Assembly (NCBI GenBank): GCA_044376115.1
Contig: JBILLK010000026.1
Location: 1-64,000, forward strand
Reading direction: 5' to 3'
Origin: Polyangiaceae bacterium
GTDB lineage: Bacteria > Myxococcota_A > Polyangia > Polyangiales > Polyangiaceae
DNA length: 64,000 nucleotides
Shown: piece after piece, positions 58,325-64,000 of the stretch
Numbering within the stretch: the stretch's first letter is position 1
Layout: every line of letters starts with the position of its first letter
Notes under the pieces: model-generated
What the model saw: only the letters and a program-made list of their open reading frames with translations
Database searches by the model: none
What the model was told of the DNA's origin: nothing
Position numbers and translations under genes: made by a program

Positions 58325-58798
58325 TCATGGCTGACACCCGACGAGTGTTTGGCACGCGGGCTCACTGAGGTTCTCGAGGCAGTAGTTGGTGAGGCATTCC
58401 TCGACCGCCGTTGCGTCGGCGGCGCACTGGTCGTCGCAAATGGACGGAGCGCTATTGAGGCAGTCGTAATAGGTAATGAAGGACGCCGAGCAGGCGGTCA
58501 CTTGCAGTGCAGCGTCACAACATCCGGCGCAATCGGCGAACGGAGCGCAGGCGCTGGCCGTCGCTTCATCGCAGCCATCCACACACTGCTGAAGGCTGAT
58601 CCCAACTCCACCGCCGGTGCTGGGTGAACCGCCGCTGCTTGGTGAGCCGCCGGTGCCAGGCGAACCGCCGCTACTCGGTGCACCGCCGCTGCTCGGTGCA
58701 CCGCCACTGGCAGCGCCGCCGCTGCCCCCTGAACCGTCATCCCCACACGCAGCGAGCAGCCCCATCGCGAAGACAACCTGAAGCAAGCATCTCGTCAT
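58325..58798 (-). CDS. Gly/Ser- and Cys-rich lipoprotein
   Basis: Lipobox LAAC-GDD, GGAPSS repeats, Cys-rich tail; GGAGG RBS. Confidence 0.75.
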   Translation of the reverse strand: MTRCLLQVVFAMGLLAACGDDGSGGSGGAASGGAPSSGGAPSSGGSPGTGGSPSSGGSPSTGGGVGISLQQCVDGCDEATASACAPFADCAGCCDAALQVTACSASFITYYDCLNSAPSICDDQCAADATAVEECLTNYCLENLSEPACQTLVGCQP

Positions 58799-58864
58799 CG
58801 TTTCCTCCGGAGGTTCATCTACGCGTCGTAGATGCTCCGGCGATGGCAGCCGCGTTTCGACGCG

Positions 58865-59653
58865 TTACGGGCCGGTTGGGCCGCCCATGCCACCCGGTCC
58901 GGTCGAGCCGTTCGGTCCTCCCGGTCCTCCAGGACCACCAAGGCCACCGCAAACGCCCAAGCCGAAGGGCGTCAGCTCGCACGGCTCTCCATCGCAATCA
59001 GCGTCTTGCTCACACACCTGCAGTGGAGGCCCCATGGCCGAGGGACACTCGCCGTCGAAGCACTCACTGCCAATGGCACCCGCCCCGAACGCGACGCAGC
59101 AAACCTGACCGACCTCACAGTTGCCGCTGCTCGAGCAAGCGACAGCGGCTCCCGCACACGTACCAAGTGGCGCGCATGACGTTGACCCGCCGCCCATCAC
59201 ATTCACGCAGCACTCCTCGGCACGCGCGTCACACTCGAGGTCGCCGCACACGATCGTCGGGTCGACAGGCCCACCGCCGGAGCCGCTCGGCGAGCCGCCG
59301 GAGCCGCTCGGCGAGCCGCCGGAGCTGCTCGGCGAGCCGCCGGAGCCGCTCGTTGAACCGCCGCTATTGCTCGTCGAACCGCCGCTGCTCGACGTACCAC
59401 CGCCTGTCGCACTCGAAGCCCCGTTGCCCGAGCTCGTGTTTGTACCGCCGGAGCCCGTCGTCGCGCCCGACCCCGAGGTCGGTGACGAGCCAGTCGAGCT
59501 TGCACCGCCGCTCGGGTTTGCGCCGGAGGTCGAGCCCCCGCCGCCGGTCGCGTCGGCACTAAGACCGCCGAGAGAGCCCAATTCATCGGCCAGCTCGACA
59601 CGGCCACCACACGCCCACGAAGACACAACGATCAGTAGGAATTTACTTCGCAT
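58865..59653 (-). CDS. Gly/Ser- and Cys-rich lipoprotein with 21-bp coding repeats
   Basis: Lipobox SWAC-GG, GGSPSGS repeats at ~59280-59400, Cys-rich C-terminus. Confidence 0.75.
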   Translation of the reverse strand: MRSKFLLIVVSSWACGGRVELADELGSLGGLSADATGGGGSTSGANPSGGASSTGSSPTSGSGATTGSGGTNTSSGNGASSATGGGTSSSGGSTSNSGGSTSGSGGSPSSSGGSPSGSGGSPSGSGGGPVDPTIVCGDLECDARAEECCVNVMGGGSTSCAPLGTCAGAAVACSSSGNCEVGQVCCVAFGAGAIGSECFDGECPSAMGPPLQVCEQDADCDGEPCELTPFGLGVCGGLGGPGGPGGPNGSTGPGGMGGPTGP

Positions 59654-59791
59654 CCGTCAAGCAGAGCGGCCCCAGCGTGTCGGCGTCCTCTCAGTCAGAT
59701 TTCAGTTTGTTTCGATCTTTGTAACGCACTGAAACAGTCGCGCAATCGGTTGGAAATACGCGGGTTCTAAGCTCAGGAGCTGCGTAAGCCG

Positions 59792-61174
59792 ATGACGTCC
59801 AAGAGTTCGAAACCGCTCGGAGACGAAACCCTCGAGGCCCCGGGCGACGCCGCTCCGGAGGAGCTCGCTGTCGGTACCACCGTCGGTGAGTTTCGCATCA
59901 AGCGGCATATCGGCGAGGGCGGCTTCGGTGCGGTCTACGAGGCCGAGCACGTCGCCATTGGCCGCGCCGCAGCGGTGAAGGTGATCCACAAGCGCCACCT
60001 GCACACGGCGAATACGGTGGGCCGCTTCCTCGACGAAGCGAAGGCCGCAAGCTCGCTGCGCAGTCGCCACATCGTCGACGTCTTCAGCTTTGGAGCGCTG
60101 CCCGACGGCCGCCCGTTCTACGTAATGGAGCTGCTCTCCGGGGAGTCGCTCTCAACGTTGCTCGAGCGCGGGCCGATGCCGCTCGCGCGCGCGCTGCGTG
60201 TGCTCGTGCAAGTGTCACGGGCGCTCGAGATCGCACATGCGGCTGGCATCATTCACCGCGACGTGAAGCCGGACAACGTGTTCGTCACGCGTGATGAGGA
60301 CGGCGCCGATCTGGTGAAGCTGCTCGACTTCGGCTTGGCCAAGCTCACCACCGACTCGTCGCGCGGACCGCGCACACAGCCCGGCTTCCCGATGGGGACG
60401 CCGCACTACATGGCGCCAGAGCAGTGCCGCGGCCACGCTGTCGACGCGCGCACCGATCTCTATTCGTTCGGTGTGATGGCGTACGAGCTGATCGTCGGAG
60501 AGCTGCCCTTCGCCAGGGACACCGTCGCTGAGATGTTGAGCGCCCAGCTGTACGCGTCGCCCCCTGCGCCCTCCTCTCGCAGCAACGTCTTCGGCGCGGA
60601 GGTCGATCGCGCCTTCGAGCGCTTACTCGCGAAAGACCCGAAGGATCGGCCTGGGTCGGCGCGTGAGGCGATCACGATGTTGAACGAGGCGTGCTCGCGT
60701 CTCGACGCGAATGAAACCTCGCCTGCGATTGTGCTCGCGCGGCCCGCTCCACCAACGCCAGCGCCCACCCCGCTGACGCTCGTCACTCCGGCAGCACCGG
60801 CGCCCACACGGACACATTGGCCGTACGTCCTCGTGCTCATCGGCTCCGTCTGCGTGGGCGCAACGCTCGCGTTCTTCGTGCGCCGATCGGAGTCATCGAA
60901 TGATTCGCATCCGAGCCGCCTCGAGCAGCCGAGCTTCGCGGTCGACGAGGAGCGCGAAGATCCGCCTGCAACGCCTGCTCTTGCGCAGACTGCGTTCGAC
61001 CCCGTCGTGCCTGCGACGACCAGCGCCGACAGCATCCCGACGTCGTCGGCCAGCGCGACGGCGCATCCATCGACGACTTCAGCTCCGACGGGTTCGCCTC
61101 CAACGGGTTCGAAGAACCGAGGCACGCGCCCGAACCGCGCCACCCCCACCGCGCTCGAGAATCCCTTCAAGTGA
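59792..61174 (+). CDS. Membrane-anchored Ser/Thr protein kinase
   Basis: GEGGFGAV, AVK, HRDVKPDN, DFG, GTPHYMAPE, one TM helix. Confidence 0.93.
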   Translation: MTSKSSKPLGDETLEAPGDAAPEELAVGTTVGEFRIKRHIGEGGFGAVYEAEHVAIGRAAAVKVIHKRHLHTANTVGRFLDEAKAASSLRSRHIVDVFSFGALPDGRPFYVMELLSGESLSTLLERGPMPLARALRVLVQVSRALEIAHAAGIIHRDVKPDNVFVTRDEDGADLVKLLDFGLAKLTTDSSRGPRTQPGFPMGTPHYMAPEQCRGHAVDARTDLYSFGVMAYELIVGELPFARDTVAEMLSAQLYASPPAPSSRSNVFGAEVDRAFERLLAKDPKDRPGSAREAITMLNEACSRLDANETSPAIVLARPAPPTPAPTPLTLVTPAAPAPTRTHWPYVLVLIGSVCVGATLAFFVRRSESSNDSHPSRLEQPSFAVDEEREDPPATPALAQTAFDPVVPATTSADSIPTSSASATAHPSTTSAPTGSPPTGSKNRGTRPNRATPTALENPFK

Positions 61175-63603
61175 AGCGTGCTCGCGACTGGTTCAGCCTC
61201 GCTCTCACGCTCCAGATCGCCTGCGCCGACCTCACGCCGCTCGAGCTCGAGGTGTGTGGTAACGGCGTTCGCGAGGCCGGGGAGGTCTGCGATTCGTTCG
61301 CCATCGGAGAAACGCCGTGTCGCCCCGCGTCGGATCAGCTGCCGTGCACCCTCGATTGCAGCAGCGCAAGCTGTCCCGCGGGCTACGCCTGCGGTGTCGA
61401 TGCAACCTGCCGACGAGCCTCCGGGAGGTTCGAGTTCTCGTCGCAGGTCCCCGCGAGCGGAAGCCTCGCCGCGGGGGATTTCGACTGCGACGGCTACGAT
61501 GCCCTGATCGTGACCGACGACCTCGCGGGCCCGTCAACCAGTGTCCCGCGACTGCTCTCGCCCTGGCCTCAACCGAGCCTCACCTCGCTCGGTTATCCGG
61601 TGTCCCAGACCACCATTCTCCCGGCCCCGAATGGACGCTGCGACGACGTGATCGGGCCATGGACGACAGCCGCGCCGCTCTCAGCACGCAGCGGACTCTT
61701 GGTCCTCGAGGGTGTGGAGCTGAGCGGACTCGTCCCGCGAGCCGAGCTCTCGCTCGGCGTAGCGGCCGCAGGAACTGTCTTCGCCGTTCGAAGGAACTCA
61801 CTAGAGACGGAGGGCTCGCCGATGTTCCTTGCGAGCGACGAAGGACAAGGTCAGCTGACGCTCGCGGATCTCACCGAGGCGCCACGCGTGGTGGCGATCG
61901 CACCGCGAGGGCCCGAGGCGCTCGCGGCGCCGCCCTTCGTCAGCCGTTTACCGGAGGCCCCATGCGAACGAGTCTTTCTCGCGTACGCCGATCCGCCCTC
62001 CGTTTGGTGGATCGATCCCTGCGACGAGAAAGGCAGTTGGCAAGACGAAGCGACGGGCGAGCTCAGCGAGCTACCGATTCGAGCAGCGCTCTCGGGTGCA
62101 ATGGCTGCCGATCTCGATGGCGATGGCGCAACCGACTTGGTCGCCTCGACCGACGATGGACGCTTTTGGTGGCGAACTCTCGACCTTGAAGCAGCTGACG
62201 CAGAGTGGCGCGAGTTCTCGCTCCAGGTCGAAGCCCCACTCATCTCCCCTGGGCGCCTCCTAGCGAGCGCTAACCCCGAGGGCGGAGAAGCGATCCTGGT
62301 GACGCAGAGGTTCTTGTTGCGCGGTACCCTCGTCGGTTCCTCCTTCGTGGGCCAGACAATCCGCTCGCGGGTACTCGGCAGTTGGAGTCAGGCGCGCGTC
62401 GACGATTTCGATGGGGACGACTTGAGCGACGTTGCGCTCGCGACGGCCGGCGCACGCGACGTGGAGTTGCTTCGTTGGGTGGCGGGAGCACAGCCGCCCA
62501 ACCCGGAGGTGATTACGACGACCGGTGTGGTCGAGCAACTCGTGGTCGGCGACTTCGACGGCGACCAGCAGGTCGACCTGACCACGCTAGAAGAAGCGAC
62601 CGCAGCCGACCTCACGAAGCGACTCGACCTCATGCTGTACCGCGGCGGCTCATACGATTTCTCCGACGGTCTGCTGGTAGGTAGCTTCGGGCTCGGAGCC
62701 CGCGCGACCAGCGCACGAGCCGACCGAGACGACTCGATCGCTGATCTGATCGTCGTGCGACCCACCGAAACGGGCTCCGAAGCGCGGGTGCTCTTCGGGG
62801 ACGGCGGAGGCATCCCGCTCTCGCCGTTGCGACTCGGAGGGACAACCACGGCCGGCGCGCTCGCGGCTCCGTTGCTCGCCACTGTGCGTGCAGGCTCGAC
62901 GCCGGAGCTGCTCGTCCTCGGCTTCGATCTCGAAACAGCTGCAGCCGGCGCTGCGCTCGGGCTCTGGCGCAGCGCGCGGCTCGAGACGGGGGCGTGGGAA
63001 CCGTTGACGAGGTTGGGCAGCCTCGAAGGCATTGCTTTCGATCTCGCTGCACGGGATCCCACCTTGGCGCTCGCAACAGATGCCAATGGCTCCACCTGGG
63101 TCTTGGGCAACGACGCTTCTGCGACCGGCAGGCTTCGAGCGACGAACGGCGGAACCGCTGCGTGGACCAACGAGTGGACCGATCGCTGGCAGCCCGAGGT
63201 CGGAGCTTTGATGCGCGGTAGCGCGCTGGCCGTGGCAAATGGCGTCGTTCAGGATCGCTTGGCGGCGCTCGCGGTTGGTAGCGACAAGGCCTCGCTCGCC
63301 CTCCTCCGCACCGACACGAGCGAGGATCCCGTCGTGCTCGATGACGCGCTCAAGGGAGAGCCGCGTGCCGTCGCCTGGCTCGCCGATGCTCAAGGTTCGA
63401 GCAGCCTGCTCGTCGCCACCAGCGCGGGGATCGAACAGCTCATGCAAGAGGAAGACGACGGTTGGTCGGGGGAGGTCGTCGTGGCGGGCGACTTCCTTTC
63501 GCTGGCGGTAGGCGATTGGGATGGTGACGGCGTTCTCGACTTAGCCGCGGCAACGAAGGGAGCGGTCGAGATCTACGAGGGCGTACCCGAGGTGCCACGG
63601 TGA
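61171..63603 (+). CDS. FG-GAP/VCBS repeat lipoprotein
   Basis: Lipobox QIAC, CGNGVREAGEVCD, repeats GDFDCDG, ADLDGDG, GDFDGD, GDWDGDG. Confidence 0.82.
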   Translation: MKRARDWFSLALTLQIACADLTPLELEVCGNGVREAGEVCDSFAIGETPCRPASDQLPCTLDCSSASCPAGYACGVDATCRRASGRFEFSSQVPASGSLAAGDFDCDGYDALIVTDDLAGPSTSVPRLLSPWPQPSLTSLGYPVSQTTILPAPNGRCDDVIGPWTTAAPLSARSGLLVLEGVELSGLVPRAELSLGVAAAGTVFAVRRNSLETEGSPMFLASDEGQGQLTLADLTEAPRVVAIAPRGPEALAAPPFVSRLPEAPCERVFLAYADPPSVWWIDPCDEKGSWQDEATGELSELPIRAALSGAMAADLDGDGATDLVASTDDGRFWWRTLDLEAADAEWREFSLQVEAPLISPGRLLASANPEGGEAILVTQRFLLRGTLVGSSFVGQTIRSRVLGSWSQARVDDFDGDDLSDVALATAGARDVELLRWVAGAQPPNPEVITTTGVVEQLVVGDFDGDQQVDLTTLEEATAADLTKRLDLMLYRGGSYDFSDGLLVGSFGLGARATSARADRDDSIADLIVVRPTETGSEARVLFGDGGGIPLSPLRLGGTTTAGALAAPLLATVRAGSTPELLVLGFDLETAAAGAALGLWRSARLETGAWEPLTRLGSLEGIAFDLAARDPTLALATDANGSTWVLGNDASATGRLRATNGGTAAWTNEWTDRWQPEVGALMRGSALAVANGVVQDRLAALAVGSDKASLALLRTDTSEDPVVLDDALKGEPRAVAWLADAQGSSSLLVATSAGIEQLMQEEDDGWSGEVVVAGDFLSLAVGDWDGDGVLDLAAATKGAVEIYEGVPEVPR

Positions 63604-64000
63604 AGATCGGTTGGCTTGCCTTCGTCGCGGGGCTCGTCGTCCTCATCACGAGCCTGAGCCCTGGCCTCGCGCGCGCCGAATCGGAGCGCGATCGAGCCGA
63701 AGCGAAGACGTACTTCGATGCCGGCGCGCAAGCATATGAGCGAGGTCAATTCGAAGCGGCGCTGTTGGCCTTCGAGCGATCCCAGGCGCTCGCGCCTCGC
63801 CCAGGCACGCTGTTCTCGATGGCGCAGACCGAACGGCGACAGTTCGTGATCGATCGCGACAAGCGTCGGCTCGTCCACGCCGCGGCGCTCTACCGCGAGT
63901 ACCTCACGCTCGTCCCCGAAGGAGGTCGGCGCAGCGAGGCGGCCGATGCCCTCGTCGAACTCGAGCCCATGCTGGTTGGCGCCGATGAGGGCCTCGCTCA
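63600..64000 (+). CDS. Secreted TPR protein, truncated by window end
   Basis: GTG overlapping the previous stop; MKIGWLAF...ARA signal, EAKTYFDAGAQAYERGQFEAALLAFERS. Confidence 0.8.
   Translation, partial: MKIGWLAFVAGLVVLITSLSPGLARAESERDRAEAKTYFDAGAQAYERGQFEAALLAFERSQALAPRPGTLFSMAQTERRQFVIDRDKRRLVHAAALYREYLTLVPEGGRRSEAADALVELEPMLVGADEGLA

Noticed and set aside
59281..59400. Short tandem repeats (also 3206-3362, 28236-28278) as contingency loci
   Set aside because: Unit lengths are multiples of 3 and encode low-complexity linkers, so they would not phase-vary the frame.

Overview
GC-rich bacterial window, most consistent with a myxobacterium (Polyangiaceae/Sorangiineae-like). This is inferred from the Cys-rich lipoproteins, Ser/Thr kinases with TPR/FG-GAP neighbours, ferritin-like lipoproteins and a TonB_C-fused TonB-dependent receptor. 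It is an accessory, mosaic region with about 50 CDSs and no rRNA, tRNA, CRISPR, integrase or transposase that I can recognise. Main observations: (1) one hypothetical gene appears to be split into an N-half (13489-14226) and a C-half (42984-43733) by a ~28.8-kb intervening segment, rejoinable in frame at a shared CTG, with no recombinase in view; (2) an RHS polymorphic toxin with an HxE...PCxxC deaminase tip and no co-oriented immunity gene; (3) a TonB receptor / ExbBD-TonB / ABC exporter module driven by two mirror-image sigma54-type promoters around a central palindrome, next to a sensor-less sigma54 activator and a four-regulator operon; (4) two families of structured non-coding repeats; (5) an HSP90-like ATPase with a CxxC partner; (6) a chemotaxis operon with an internal deletion. 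Several single-base frameshifts may be sequencing errors. All family assignments come from motif recognition by eye, not database searches.
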